This document shows positions 25,180-38,800 of a stretch of 64,000 bases of DNA, in pieces (the first letter of the stretch is position 1; each line of letters begins with the position of its first letter). This DNA comes from Scyliorhinus canicula (Eukaryota). The stretch is taken from NCBI RefSeq assembly GCF_902713615.1, contig NC_052151.1, positions 104,057,304-104,121,303 of the forward strand, written 5' to 3'. The notes beneath the pieces are model-generated. The model was not told where the DNA came from and searched no databases. It saw nothing but the letters and a program-made list of their open reading frames with translations. A program made the translations under genes and the position numbers.

Positions 25180-25630
25180 TAGAATTTGCCTGGACAAGTA
25201 CAGTTCCAATAACACTCAAGGAGTTTGACTCCATCCAGGCCAAAGCGGCGTACTTGATTGGGACTCCAACCACCATATTTAGCATTCACTCCCTCACCAC
25301 CAACATACTTTGGCAGCAGTGTGGAGATGTCGGCGTTGGACTGGGGTGAGCACAGTAAGAAGTCTTATAACACCAGGTGAGAATTCACTAGGTTTGTTTC
25401 AAATCACTAGCTTTCGGAGCACTGATCCTTTCTCACCCGAGGAAGGAGCAGCGCTCCGAAAGTTAGTGATTTGAAACAAACCTGTTGGACTTTAACCTGG
25501 TGTTGTAAGACTTCTTACTGCAATCCGGAATACTCACTGCAGCTACTCACCAAGGCTCCTTTACAGTATTTTCCAAATACATAACCTTTACCATCGAGGA
25601 CACGGGTAAGCAAAATACAGCCTGCATGTC
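25180..25630 (+). mobile_element. Old L2/CR1-group LINE 3' end, interrupted by a Penelope-derived palindrome
   Basis: gcctggacaagtacagttccaataacactcaaggagtttgactccatccaggccaaagcggcgtacttgattgg (AW...TLK..DSIQAKAAYLIG) ... ctcaccaaggctcc. Confidence 0.6.
25320..25520. mobile_element. Palindromic Penelope-derived element, degenerate hammerhead (CCGAGGA core)
   Basis: gtggagatgtcggcgttggactgggg...ctttcggagc...ctcacccgaggaaggagcagcgctccgaaag...gtaagacttcttactg; no clear TSD. Confidence 0.8.
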
Positions 25631-25648
25631 GGATCTGGCCCGTATCTT

Positions 25649-26338
25649 GGGCGCAATTCTCCCCCCCCCCCCCCCCCTCCTCCACCCAAATGCTGGGTGG
25701 GAGAATCGCAGGAGCGCCAGGCGAGTCCCGCCTCACCGCCCCGGCACTCGCACGCGATTTTCCCACCCCCATCGAAACCGGCGCGCCGAGTTTTACGGCT
25801 GGCCACTCGGAGAATCGCCGCTCGCCGTTTGTAACGGGCGAGCGGCAATTCTCCGGCCCGGATGGGCCGAGCGGCCTGCCCAATACAATACAATGTATTC
25901 ACGCCGGCACCGACCACACCTGGTCGCTGCTGGTGTGAACAGCGTGTGAACGCTGCGGGGGGGGGGGTTGATCACCGGTGGGAGGGGGGACTTAAAAGGG
26001 GTCTGGCCCGCGATCGGTGCCCACCAATCGGCAGGTCGGCCTCTCTGAGAGATGCACTCCTTTTCCTCCGCCGCCCTGCAAGATCACTCCGACATGTCTT
26101 GCGGGGCGCCCGCGGGGAGGACGGCAACCGCGCATGCGCGGGTTGGCGCCGGCCAACCTGCGCATGCGCGGGTGATGTCATTTACCCGGCGCCAAGACCG
26201 GCACGCATAAATGACAAGGCGAGGATAGGCCTCCGAAGGGGGGGGTGAGGGCGAGGAGTGGCCTCCGACGCTGGAGTGAAACACTCCGGTTTTCACTCGG
26301 GCGTCGACACTTAGTCTCCCGTTGGGAGAATCCCGCCC
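25649..26338. mobile_element. GC-rich MITE, probably PIF/Harbinger type
   Basis: 15-bp imperfect TIRs GGGCGCAATTCTCCC / GGGAGAATCCCGCCC; 3-bp TSD CTT (25646-25648, 26339-26341); no transposase; CpG-rich with internal hairpins. Confidence 0.8.
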
Positions 26339-26361
26339 CTTATTTCTGACTGGCCTGCCAT

Positions 26362-26410
26362 ATGAAATGAAATGAAATGAAATGAAATGAAATGAAATAT
26401 GAAAATGAAA
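26362..26410. repeat. (ATGAA)n microsatellite
   Basis: About 7 perfect units then degenerate; same motif as the tail of the short SINE at 33746 and 58719. Confidence 0.9.
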
Positions 26411-26694
26411 AAATCCCAGACCAGAAAATTAAAAAATAATACCAAATCGTTGCACTTGATGAAAGTTCACTTTATTGGCAAACGTTTTACAGCAGCAATG
26501 CAATGTCTGTGTCTTTGATTGGTTGCTATGATCACATTTCCAATCAAAGTAGCCAACGGCTTAGGATGGATGAGGTGCAAAAATTAGTTATATACCAGTT
26601 TTCAGTTTTGCAAGGATTTGCACTTGCGGCTTTTTAGTCAAGGGATTCAATACAACAATGAGCTTGTCGAACAAGTGAAAAGTAAACACTGTAT

Positions 26695-26952
26695 ATAATA
26701 ATAATATTTATGGTCACAGGCTTACATTAATACTGCAATGAAGTTACTGTGAAAAGCCCCAAGTCACCACATTCCGGCGCCTGTTCAGGTACAGAGAGGG
26801 AGAATTCAGAATGTCCAATTCACCAAACAAGCACCCGGAGGAAACCCACGCAGACACAGGGAGAACGTGTATACTCTATACAGTGACCCAAGCTGGGAAT
26901 CGAACCTAGGACCCTGGAGCTGTTAAGTAACAGTGCTAACCACTGTGCTACC
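26695..26952 (-). mobile_element. V-SINE with (TTA)n / Rex-like tail, internally deleted
   Basis: taataat...gtcacaggcttacattaatactgcaatgaagttactgtgaaaagcccc...ggaggaaacccacgc...gggaatcgaacc...cactgtgctacc. Confidence 0.85.
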
Positions 26953-27430
26953 CATGTTGAGTGTTTAACAGGCAGTGGACTTCAAAATACTTCCTTACGC
27001 TTGTAGCAGCGAAAGCTGTGTGCCTAGTTTGCAAATAAAAAGTCAAAGAATACAACGTGAGCCGACAGGGCAAGCATGCAGCCAAATGTAAGGACATGTC
27101 TGACGAAGAAAGCTAGACAATCACATGAGATAGAAAAAGTGCCATTTTTTAAAAACCAGACTAGATACATCGCAAGGTGGAATTACCAGAGTGAGTTTTG
27201 TGATTGCACACACAAAACCGGCAAAAGCAGCAAGCTATTCTCCGAGGGACAAGACAAGAACACAGTTTGAAAAAGTTTCACTATCAAGGCAAACGTGATG
27301 AGACATGTAGAAGAAGTCTTTTGATTCCTTTTTGCTTCATCTAATTACCTGTTTTCTCCTTAAACATAACATGCTCCACTTTCTAATCACACAAATAACT
27401 GAATTCTTTACATTATTTGTTAGCAACTAT

Positions 27431-27653
27431 TTTTAAAAATAATTTTAGAGTACCCAATTGATTTTTCCTAAGGGGCAATTCAGCGTGGCCAATCCACCTA
27501 GCCTGCACATCTTTGGGTTGTGGGGGCGAAACCCACGCAAACACGGGGAGAATGTGCAAACTCCACACGGACAGTGACCCAGAGCCGGGATCGAACCTGG
27601 GGCCTCAGAACCACGAGGCTGCGGGGCTAACCCACTGTGCCACCGTGCTGCCC
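27431..27653 (-). mobile_element. HE1/V-SINE (A/T-tail subtype)
   Basis: Full length; 16-bp TSD atttgtt(a/c)gcaactat at 27415-27430 and 27654-27669. Confidence 0.92.
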
Positions 27654-28083
27654 ATTTGTTCGCAACTATATTATGATTTCAAGTTTCTAACTCCTCCACA
27701 AATGGAAACATCTTTTCTTTCACCCCACCAAATCCGGAGATCCTTATTGAGTTATCCAGAAGCATTCTCTATGGTGGAAAAAGAGCCACATCCTTTTCAA
27801 TCTATCCATACAATTAAAACTTTTCAATTTTATGTAATTCATGAGGTAACATGACTCATCTCCACTGTTTCTATTCTCTACTAAATCTGTCACCCACCTG
27901 CCACCTCCTGGTCCATCTCAGCCTCTGCCCCTTTCCCAGTCTCAAAATTATTACATGGAAACACGAAAGCAATTTGACAACTTTTTAAATCGAAGAAATA
28001 TCTGCCCCTTCTGATGTGTCCTAATGAACCTCAAGACAGTTTGTTGCCCATGTCTCTGCACAAACGAGCCCCAATAAAGACAA

Positions 28084-28241
28084 AGCTGGCTTTTAAAGCA
28101 GACCAAGGCAGGTCAGTAGCTCGGGTTCAATTCCCGTACCGGCCTCCCCGAACAGGCGCTGGAATGTGGCGACTAGGGGCTTCTCACAGTAACTTCATTT
28201 GAAACCTACTTGTGACAATAAGCAATTTTCATTTCATTTCA
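28084..28241 (+). mobile_element. Short tRNA-derived SINE with (TTTCA)n tail
   Basis: gctggcttttaaagcagacc...ggttcaattcccgtacc...cacagtaacttc...tgtgacaataagc...ttcatttcatttca; same family as 33746 and 58719. Confidence 0.85.
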
Positions 28242-28509
28242 CAGGGCATTGCATTAGTCAATTTCACAGGTAATAACGCATGTTAATTGACAGGGTCAGT
28301 GTAGCAGATTTAAATTTGATAGGTATGCAGATTTAGTACTAAAATGGCCACTCATCAATTCAGTTCAATCGTTAGGCAATCAGATTAACTGAAGAGCTCA
28401 TTTCATGATACAGCTTAGTGTCCGTAATGCAAAGCAAACATATTTTTTGTTAAAATGTTAAAACAAATCTCACATGACAATACGCACAGATAGTCCAGGG
28501 CCCAGAATT

Positions 28510-28742
28510 CTTTTTCTATTTAAAAGATATTTACAGTACCCAATTCATTATTTTCAATTAAGGGGCAATTTAGCATGGCCAATCCACCTAGCCTGCACTT
28601 TTTTGGGTTGTGGGGGTAAGATCAACGCAAGCACGGGGAGAATGTGCAAACTCCACACGACAGTGACCCAGAGCCGGGATCGAACCTGGGACCTCGGCAC
28701 CGTGAGGCAGCAGGGCTAACCCACTGCGCCACCGTGCTGCCC
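28510..28742 (-). mobile_element. HE1/V-SINE (A/T-tail subtype)
   Basis: Reverse complement of the 20137-type copy; imperfect TSD agaat(t/g)cttttt. Confidence 0.9.
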
Positions 28743-29361
28743 GAAGAATGCTTTTTCTGATGTCTACTACAACCATACGGCAGTCTAAGTGCAACAGCTG
28801 TGATTCAGTTATTACTGTATAGCAGCAAACCTTTTGAAACAATACAAACTGATTGTTCACAGATCCCCAACTCACTAAATTCTTGTTCAATCCTCAATGG
28901 CATATTGGCTGCAGCTCAGCCAGCCTGCTTGCCCAGAAATCTTGTGAATAGCCAAGATTAACAGTCCAAAATGAATGCCAGGTCAGACGATGCACAAGCG
29001 CAAGAGGGAGTGGGAATGAGAGAGAGAAAATCCAATCTTAAGAAAGGTAAAAAACCGGACCTGCTCAGTTTTAATATTAAATTCCAGATCAACTTCTGCA
29101 AGTTCAATCACGATGAGTCACCATTAAATCCAGCTCTCTTTTCTCAGCTGATTGGCTGCTTCACAAGAAAATGAGAACTATTTTTTATCTGTTCACAATA
29201 GTTAAAGAACAAACTGTTGGCAAATGCTTGCCTGAATCCCATCAATCTCTTCATGTTGATACTCAACTAATGCGTGAAAAATAGGTGGAGGAATATATTC
29301 TCAGGCGCATGTGTGCCTTTTGCTGTAAAATTCCTCATAATGTAATCTTACAATATTGTTA

Positions 29362-29693
29362 GAGTTAGAACTTAGAACTTAGAACAGTACAGCACAGAAC
29401 AGGCCCTTCAGCCCTCGATGTTGTGCCGAGTAATGATCACCCTACTCAAACCCACGTAACCCGTAACCCAACAATCCCCCCATTAACCTTACACTACGGG
29501 CAATTTAGCATGGCCAATCTACCTAACCCGCACATCTTTGGGCTGTGGGAGGAAACCGGAGCACCCGGAGGAAACCCACGCACACACGGGGAGGACGTGC
29601 AGACTCCACACAGACAGTGACCCAGCCGGGAATCGAACCTGGGACCCTGGAGCTGTGAAGCATTGATGCTAACCACCATGCTACCGTGAGGCC
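29362..29693 (-). mobile_element. HE1 SINE, full length, CR1/HER1-type tail
   Basis: (agaactt)n agaacagtacagcacagaacaggccc...ggaggaaacccacgc...gggaatcgaacc...ccaccatgctaccgtg. Confidence 0.9.
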
Positions 29694-29990
29694 CCCCTCA
29701 GATGAAGAGTAGAAAATCAGCAATAATCATATTGGGTGTTGTTACAAAATTGTAAAATACTTAATTATTAGCGAGGAACTATTGCCGCTTTGTATAAACT
29801 GTAACTAAAATGCAAAACCTTGCTTGAGGATGTATGGAAACTAGCCGAAAAACTGGCCAAAATAGAGCTCAAATGTTAAATACTAACTAGAACCAGATGT
29901 GCATCTGTCCAAAAGTAATCTAAAGAATGATTATGCACTCAAAACATGTGTTTGAACAAATCATCCACCAATGTGCAGGATGAAGTAAAC

Positions 29991-30217
29991 TTTTAAAAAT
30001 AAATTTAGAGTGCCCAATTAATTTTTTTCCAATTAAGAGGCAATTTAGCGTGGCCAATCCACCTACTTGCACATCTTTGGGTTGTGGGGGCAAAACCCAG
30101 GCAAACACGGGGAGAATGTGCAAACTCCACACGGACAGTGACCCAGAGCCGGGATCGAACCTGGGACCTCGGCGCTTTGAGGCAACAGTGCTAACACACT
30201 GCGCCACCGTGCTGCCC
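29991..30217 (-). mobile_element. HE1/V-SINE (A/T-tail subtype)
   Basis: Full length; TSD aggatgaa(g/c)taa. Confidence 0.9.
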
Positions 30218-32394
30218 AGGATGAACTAAGCTGACCACAGCAAAGGCGGCAAAAGAATATTTTGCATTGACATAATGATCAAGATTTTTGACTAATAAGG
30301 AAAACTTAATATCAAATTATGTATGGATAAATTTTCCACTTGTTACAAATGTAAGACTTTATAAACTGGTTATGTTTAAACTGTCTTCTTTTAACTTGAG
30401 GCACAATAGAATGTCCTGGAATGGGGAATGGTCAAGTTGTATGGAAGTCTGACCAGAGACAGACCCATGTGATTCAATTGTCATGGGGAAGGAGACCTCA
30501 AACTCAGAAACTCAAGTACTAGTTTTTAACCCCTTGACAAAAGCGAGGGGGCAGGTCATCTTGCGGAACTCAGACTGCCAGCCAGACACTTCGAGGAAAA
30601 AGTTGCAACCGTGGCTGTGACAGCAAATGGGAGACTGTTTTTGTTAACCACCAAGCAGGATGCTGGTGAGAACAGATTGCCTGTTTAAAGAGGTAAGGAC
30701 CTGTGGAGATTTGAAGGCCCAGGAGTCAAAAGAGGGTACCTTGTTACTTGAAACAAATTCAATTATACTCGGGAGATTAAGTGAAGGGATTTTTGAAGGA
30801 CACTGAAAGACTTCATCATTGACAAGGCATGTATATCCTTTGTCTGGTTCCCCAAGATTGTTAAACATCTCAAGCAAAGAAATGAAAGGAAGGTTGCAGA
30901 TCCCTTAGTCCTAGCAGATGAGCAGACTCCTGTTGGTTAGCTTGGGTTGTGAAACACAGACTGACACAAATTCAGCCATTTTTAAAGGTATTTGTCCAAT
31001 TCTAAATATTTTTTAGAAATAGCCATAAAATATATATAAATTTATGCACTTGAGTTCTTATTCGCCTCACACTATCATGGCTCTAGAAGGGAGCGGAATG
31101 AGTGAGACTATACGTACATGAACTGGAACAGACATAGCCGAGAGTCCTATCTAACAGTGGTGAGTAAAAAGATACATCAGAAGTACTAGCATAGAAAATG
31201 CAACAGAGATGGAGAAGCCAGGAGAATGGAGGAGTCTTCAGAGGAACCGCAGTCAAAGAATTCTGTCTTGCAATCAGTACAGAATCACCAGAACTCCAAA
31301 TTTCAAAGGGAACAACTTGTATAAAAGAGTGATCACCATGTGGTTCAATCACATGTTCCATAAACTACATACATTTGTATGCCTTTGCAAACCTAAAGAG
31401 TTGGTCCATCCTAAATTAACCCAAAAAAAAGCATGGGAGACAACTTTGCATTCACCATTCCAATATTGACCAGTCAACTTGCCTGGTTTGAATTTAAACA
31501 AAAGCTTGGGGGACAACTGTTCCCTGGTGCATGCGCCATGGAAATGCCTCGACCAATCAAAGTCAACTTGCCACACATGCAGCATAAATTATCGTTCCCT
31601 ATGAAATTTATGACTCTTGTGATTCTGTCCTGTTGTAAAGCTTAGACAGCATGTTTCTTTTTCAGTAAAAGTCAAGTCCTGTACTGCCAAACTACTAGAT
31701 GTAGTCAAGGTAGCTGCGAGTATCAACGGGCTTATAGTGAACATTGGTTGATTGTCTCTCTCTATTTCTTAGACAGGCGGGGAAGATAAGGAAGGAAAGA
31801 TAAGAGTAAGAGATGAATTATATGAAGCGGAGAGAGGATGAAAATTGGAAACAAAGTTAATAAAATTTTCCAGTTCGGAGTAAGATGCGCCCATACAGTG
31901 ATGAACATACTGGGAAAAGGAGGTGATGAAGGCCGCCCTCACCCCCTCCCCCACACTATGGAGGACTGGAATAAGACATGTTGCACATATTTCACCACCT
32001 CCCCACCCCCAACAAAAAACGGGGAATAGCTTGGACCAATGGAGGTATTCATGGTATACCTTTTACTTGGAGGAAGTAAGTGGGAAGTAAGTGGATCTGA
32101 GCGAAGTTGTGCTGTGTGAGTACAAGTTCAGCCAGGCAGAGGAAGTTTGTTGCTCATCAATCAAACTGGTTGGATGTCCTTAATCCATACCAATGTATTA
32201 CCTCCTTTCCCATTTGTTTTAATATTGCTAGCCAAACTCCTGTTGGGGACTTTAACACAAAAGCCTTCTGAAGATCTGAGTACACCATGTCCACCGACTC
32301 CCTTTATCAATTTGGTTAGCAACATGCTCAAAGGAGCTCTTTATAGCAGAGAAGGCTGGGGGTGGGGGGGGGGGGGGGGGGGGGGGGGTGTTGT

Positions 32395-32760
32395 ATAGGA
32401 TTGAGGGATTTAGACAGGAGAAAGAGGAAGCAGCTGTTTCTCTTGGTTGACTGGTCAATTGCAAGGGAGCAATAGTTTAAGGATGAGGGGCAGGAGATTC
32501 CTAGGAGATTTGAGAAGAAATAAATTTAATTCAGAGGGTGGTGCGAATCTGGAATGCACTATTTGGGAAGGTAGTAGAGGCTGGAAACCTCACAACCATT
32601 ACAAAGCGCTTGTATGAGCACTTGAAACATCATCATATTCAAGAATATGGGACAAGTGCTGATAAATGGGATTAGCACGAGACTAGTAGTTATTGTTGGT
32701 GCAAACTCGATGGGCTGAAGGGCCTTTTCAGTGCTGTAGGACTTTCTATGATTCTATAAC
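32395..32760 (+). mobile_element. Old CR1 3' end
   Basis: cagagggtggtgcgaatctggaatgcact...gatgggctgaagggcc...ttctatgattctat. Confidence 0.7.
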
Positions 32761-32984
32761 GGGTTCATACAAAATGATTTACCATTCATAAATCTACATT
32801 GACTATACCCAATCAAAAATTATCTAAGATACACGTATCTTATCTAAGATACATGTATCACATCCTTTCTCACAGAATCCAGCATTTTCCCCACTACTGA
32901 TGTCAGACCAACAGGTCTGTAGTTCCCAAACCACATCCAAATTGAATATCCAGATATAGTTATCACAAAATGCCGGGAAAATCG

Positions 32985-33303
32985 TAGAATTATCAGTGCA
33001 GAAGGCCATTCAGCCCTTCGAGTCGGCGCTGGCCCTTGGAAAGAGCACCCCGCCCAAGCCCATATCACCACTCTACCCCCGCAACCCCATCCAACCCTTT
33101 TGGACACTAAAGGACAATTAATCATGGCCAATCCACCTAATCGGCACATCTTTGGACTGTGGGAGGAAACCGGAGCATCCGGAGGAAACCCACGCATACA
33201 CGGAAAGAACATGCAGACAAACAAACAGTGACCCAAGCTGGGAATCGAACACGAGACCCTGAAGCTGTGGAGCAACAGTGCTAACCACTATGCTACCGTG
33301 CCG
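32985..33303 (-). mobile_element. HE1 SINE, flanked by small CR1 scraps (about 32765-32930 minus, about 33310-33430 plus)
   Basis: tagaattatcagtgcagaagg...ggaggaaacccacgc...cactatgctaccgtg; NYRPVGLTSVVGKMLDS on the minus strand near 32860-32925. Confidence 0.85.
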
Positions 33304-33745
33304 CACCAATGACATAAAGGGATAAGGAGATAGTACAGGAAAAAGGTATTTGGATGATCAGCCAGGATCATATTGAATGGCAAAGTAGGCTTGATTAGCT
33401 GAACGGCCTACTCCTGCTCCTATGTTCCTATTTTTCTAAGAATTAATAAATCAGGATTGAAGGTTGAGCAAAAACACCAAGGTTGAAAAGACCACTAAGA
33501 AAACTAGTAAGTAAGAAGTTAAATATGTCTATTTCATTATAGATTGGTACTAACTGCAATACGGTGCGTCATGCCATAATGTTTTCACCTGCAATTATAG
33601 GGCCCAGAATACGACTAGTAAGATGTCATTACACAGTTATTCAGAGCTCTTTTGTTTTAAATTAATTTCATACATTGTCACTGCTGCTACTATTACACTG
33701 AAGTAGTTACATTAAAAAGAATATGCACGTTAAGCAGGACAATTA

Positions 33746-33932
33746 TGAAATGAAATGAAAATCGCTTATTGTCACGAGTAGGCTTCAATGAAGTTACTGT
33801 GAAAAGCCCCTAGTCGCCACATTCCGGTGCCTGTCCGGGGAGGCTGGTACGGGAATCGAACCGTGCTGCTGGCCTGCTTTAAAAGCCAGCGATTTAGCTG
33901 AGTGAGCTAAACCAGCCCCTGAACCAGTCCCT
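33746..33932 (-). mobile_element. Short tRNA-derived SINE with (TTTCA)n tail
   Basis: tgaaatgaaatgaaaatcgcttattgtcacg...gctaaaccagcccct; TSD aattatgaa at 33741-33749 and 33934-33942. Confidence 0.9.
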
Positions 33933-34346
33933 GAATTATGAACATGGATCAGAGGATGATAAACTTGATGGTTTTACATTTTTGTTAAAATTACACATCC
34001 AACAGTAATAGTTGCACCTCTTTCTGGGATCACAGAGAAGACATTTTTAAATGAAAATGTTAAAAAGTAAATTCTGGTACTTTCGTTTGAAATGCTCCAG
34101 ATTGATTTTGGTAATGATTTACAGATGATCGGAATGGAATTCCCACACTGTGGTTTAATCAACAACAGCCACGGTAAAACAATTCAAAGTTTGTAACTTA
34201 GACTTTTGTGAACATAATGATATATTGTTAACATTCTTTGGCTGGTTCGAAAATGACACCGAGGTCATTTAGCCTCAACTGACATTTAGTGCTGTACTTT
34301 CACCAAGTCGGGATGACTTGGGAGCCTGTTAAAAATAGCATGTGGA

Positions 34347-35015
34347 GGGCTGCACGTGTCAAGCACTGGGACTACGGTGCCGAGGACCCGGGTTCGAATC
34401 CCGTCCCTAGGTCACTGTCCGTGTGGAGTTAGCACATTCTCCCCGTGTCTGCGTGGGTTTCACCCCCACAACCCAAAAGATATGGTTAGTTAGGTGGATC
34501 TGGTTTACTAATGCCCTTTAAGAAATCTGCTGCCCTTATCTGATCTGGCCGACAGGTGACTCGAGAACATGTGATTGACTGTTAAATGTCCTCTGAAACT
34601 CAGTTGCATATGAGAGTTTAGATTGGTTTTCCTTGGAGAAAAGGCGGCCCAGAGGAGGCTTAATAGAGGTATTCAAGATCCTGAGGGGTATGGACAAGCT
34701 AAATAGTGGGAGACCGTTTCCTCTCGAGAGTACATCAAGAACTAGAGGGGGCAGATTCAAAATAATGGGTGAGTGAATAGGCAGGTAAAAGTGGCGTGAA
34801 GAAGAGATATTTCATTAAGAGGGTGGTTGGAAGTCTGGACCGAATTTCACAAGAGGTTGGTGGAGGCAGGTTCAATTGCTTGCTCTCTGAAAAGAAATAG
34901 CGTACAAGGTTGCAGGGGTAAGGCGGGAATTGGAATTAGGTAGAATGCTCTTTCAACGGGTCAGTGCAGAGCTGGTGGGCCAAATGGCCTCCTTCTGTAC
35001 TCCTGGTAATTCTGT
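34347..35015 (+). mobile_element. Composite of a 3'-truncated V-SINE (34347-34500), an older SINE scrap and an old CR1 3' end (about 34600-35015)
   Basis: ggttcgaatcc...gtgtggagttagcac; ttttccttggagaaaaggcggc...ttaatagaggtattcaagat...gggccaaatggcctccttctgtac. Confidence 0.7.
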
Positions 35016-35865
35016 AAACAGAAAAGGAGCACTCCATTGTTAATGGAGGCAGTGAGTGATGTCACTATTTTGTCTTGTAGCTAAAAGTAACCAACTGCTT
35101 CCTATTGGGAGAAAGCAAGGAGATTTGTCAGACAGAACTGTAACTGTTAATATTTGTATCAGTTCAAAACAGAATGGCATGTAAAAGATTTAATTAAATA
35201 ACGTGAATCCAACACTGATCCTCGAGCACAAGGCACATACATTCCAATGCTACCCATACTGAATTTCCAAAACAAAGAGTTTTCTTATCAGCTTTTCATA
35301 AAAAGATTCACTAAGTGATCAGGTTCTATTGCATTAGGTTCAGCGAGTTCAATCAAATACCAACTTACTGCATTCCATTGTGGATAGAAAGTACTTCATC
35401 ATCAAAAAGATTGCTCCACATTTGGTAGACTAGGTACTTAAAGTCTTAAGTGATAAAGTTGAGTAGCAAGTGACTTGTATCATCCAAATGGGTATGATAT
35501 CAATGCTTTGTCAACCAAACGATCATGACAATTTAAAAAAAAATTGTTTCAGCTGTGAACAGAGAAAAGTTATGGTGCAAATAAAATATTCAGCCCCATC
35601 ATGTCGGCATGGTCAGAGAAAAAAAGAAAATAGCCGCACGTTTTATTCCCATTTTCCAGCACCTGGCCCGTAGCCTTGTAGGTTACACGCGTTAGGTGTA
35701 GATCCAGGTACCTTTTAAAGGAGTGGAGCATTTCAGCCTCATCCACCAATTCAGGCAGTGCACTCCAGACACCCACCGCCGTCTGGGTGAAAATGTTTTT
35801 CCTCGCGTCCCTTCTAATCCTATCACCTTAAATCTATGTTCCCTGGTAATTGATCCCTCGGCTAG

Positions 35866-38800
35866 AACATAGAACATTACAGTGCAGTACAGGCCCTTCG
35901 GCCCTCGATGTTGCGCCGACGTGTGAAACCCCTCTAAAGCCCATCTACACTAGTCCCTTATCGTCCATATGGCTATCCAATGACCATTTGAATGCGTTTA
36001 GAGTTGGTGAGTCCACTACTGTTGCAGGCAGGGCATTGCACGTCCTTACTACTTTCTGAGTAAAGAACCTACCTCTGACATCTGTCCTATATCTATCTCT
36101 CCTCAATTTAAAGCTATGTCCCCTCGTGCTAGACATCACCATCCAAGGAAAAAGGCTCTCACTGTCCACCGTATCTAATCCTCTGATCATCTTGTATGCC
36201 TCAATTAAGTCACCTCTTAACCTTCTTCTCTCTAACGAAAACAGCCTCAAGTCCCTCAGCCTTTCCTCATAAGATCGTCCCTCCATACCAGGCAACATCC
36301 TGGTAAATCACCTCTGTACCCTTTCCAATGCTTCCACATCCTTCCGATAATGCGGCGACCAGAACTGCACGCAATACTCCAAATGCGGCCGCACCAGAGT
36401 TTTGTACAACTGCAACATGACCTCATGGCTCCGAAACTGAATTCCTCTACCAATAAAAGCGAACACACCGTACGCCTTCTTAACAACCCTCTCAACCTGG
36501 GTGGCAACTTTCAGGGATCTATGGACATGGACACCGAGATCGCTCTGCTCATCCACACTACCAAGAATCTTACCATGAGCCCAGTACTCTGTCTTCCTGT
36601 TATTCTTTCCAAAATGAATCACTCACACTTTTCTGCATTAAACTCCATTTGACACCTGTCAGCCCAGCTCTGCAGCTTATCTATGTCCCTCTGCAACTTC
36701 TAACATCCTTCTGCACTGTCCACATCTCCACCAACTTTAGTGTCATCTGCAAATTTACTCACCCATCCTTCTACGCCCTCCTCCAGGTAATTTATAAAAA
36801 TGACAAACAGCAGTGGCCCCAAAACAGATCCCTGTGGTACACCACTAGTAAATGGACACCAGTCTGAACATTTCCCATCAACCACCACCCTTTGTCTTCT
36901 TACAGCTAACCAATTTCTGATTCAAACTGCTAAATCACCCTGAATCCCATGCCTCTGTATTTTCTGCAATAACCTACCATGGGGAACCTTATCAAACGCT
37001 TTACTAAAATCCACATACACCACATCAACTGATTTACCCTCATCCACCTGTTTGGTCACCTTCTCAAAGAACTCAATAAGGTTTGTGAGGCACGACCTAC
37101 CCTTCACAAAACCATGTTGACTATCTCTAATCAAATTATTCCTTTCCAGATGATTATACATCCTATCTCTTATAAACCTTTCCAAGACTTTGCCCACAAC
37201 AGGAGTAAGGCTCACTGGTCTATAGTTACCGGGGTTGTCTCTACTCCCCTTCTTGAACAAGCGGACAACATTTGCTATCCTCCAGTCTTCTGGCACTATT
37301 CCTGAAGACAAAGATGACTTAAAGATCAAAGCCAAAAGCTCAGCAATCTCCTCCCTAGCTTCCCAGAGAATCCTAGGATAAATCTCATCCGGCCCAGGGG
37401 ACTTATCTATTTTAACACTTTCCAGAATCGCTAACACCTCCTCCTTATGTACCTCAAGCCCTTCTAGTCCAGTAGCCTGTATCTCAGTATTCTCCTCGAC
37501 AACATTGTCTTTTTCCTGTGTGAATACAGACAAAAATACTCATTTAGCACCTCTCCTATCTCCTAGGACTCCACGCACAACTTCCCACTACTATCCTTGA
37601 CTGGCCCTACTCTTGCCCTAGTCATTCTTTGATTCCTGACATATCTACAGAAAGCTTTAGGGTTATCCTTGATCCTACCTGCCAAAGACTTCTCATGTCC
37701 CCTCCTGGCTCTTCTTACCTCTCTCTTTCGATCCTTCCTAGCCAACTTGTAACTCTCAAGCACCCTAACTGAACCATCACGTCTCATCATTACATAAGCC
37801 TCCTTCTTCCTCTTGACAAGTGTTTCAACTGCTTTAGTAAACCATGTTTCCCTCGCTCGACCACTTCCTCCCTGCCTGACAGGTACATACTTATCAAGGA
37901 CACGCAGTAGCTGTTCCTTGAACATGCTCCACATTTCGATTGTGCCCATCCCCTGCACTTTTCCTCTCCAGCCGATGCATCCTAAGTCTTGCCTCATCTC
38001 ATCATAATTGCCTTTCCCCCAGATATTACTTTTGCCTTGCGGTATATACCTATCCCTTTCCATCACTAAAGTAAACATAATCGAATTGTGGTCACTATCA
38101 CCAAAGTGCTCACCTACCTCCAAATCGAACACCTGTCCTGGTTCATTACCCAGTACCAAATCCAATACGGCCTCGCCTCTCGTTGGCCTATCTACATACT
38201 GCGTCAGGAAACTCTCCTGCATACATTGGACAAAAAGGGACCCATCTAAAGTACTCGAACTATAGTGTTTCCAGTCAATATTTGGAAAGTTAAAGTCCCC
38301 CATAACAACTACCCTGTTACTTTCACTCCTATCCAGAATCATCTTTGCAATCCTTTCCTCTACGTCTCTGGAACTTTTCGGAGGCCTATAGAAAACCCCT
38401 AACATGGTGACCTCCTTTCCTGTTTCTAAACTCAGCCCATACTACCTCAGTAGTCGAGTCCTCATCAAACGTCCTTTCTGCCACCGTAATACTGTCCTTG
38501 ACTACCAATACCACCCCTCCCCCTGAGCTTACTGAAATATCTAAACCCTGGCACCTCCAACAACCATTCCTCTCCCTGCTCTATCCATGTCTCCGAAATT
38601 GCCACAACATCGAAGTCCCGGGTACAAACCCATGCCACAAGTTGACCCACCTTATTCCGGATGCTGCTGGCATTGAAGTAGACACACTTTAAACCACCTT
38701 CCTTCCTGCCGGTACACTCCTGCAACTTTGAAACCTTACTCATGACCTCACTACTCTCAACCTCTTGTGTACTGGAGCTACAATTCAGGTTCCCAATCCC

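Noticed and set aside
25515-26296. Cluster of GC-rich ORFs that could be a CpG-island first exon
   Set aside because: Bounded by TIRs and a TSD; no signal-peptide exon with a donor seen; the ORFs reflect high GC.
30350-31070. Possible old solo LTR (TGTAAG...CACA)
   Set aside because: No TSD, no second copy and weak termini.
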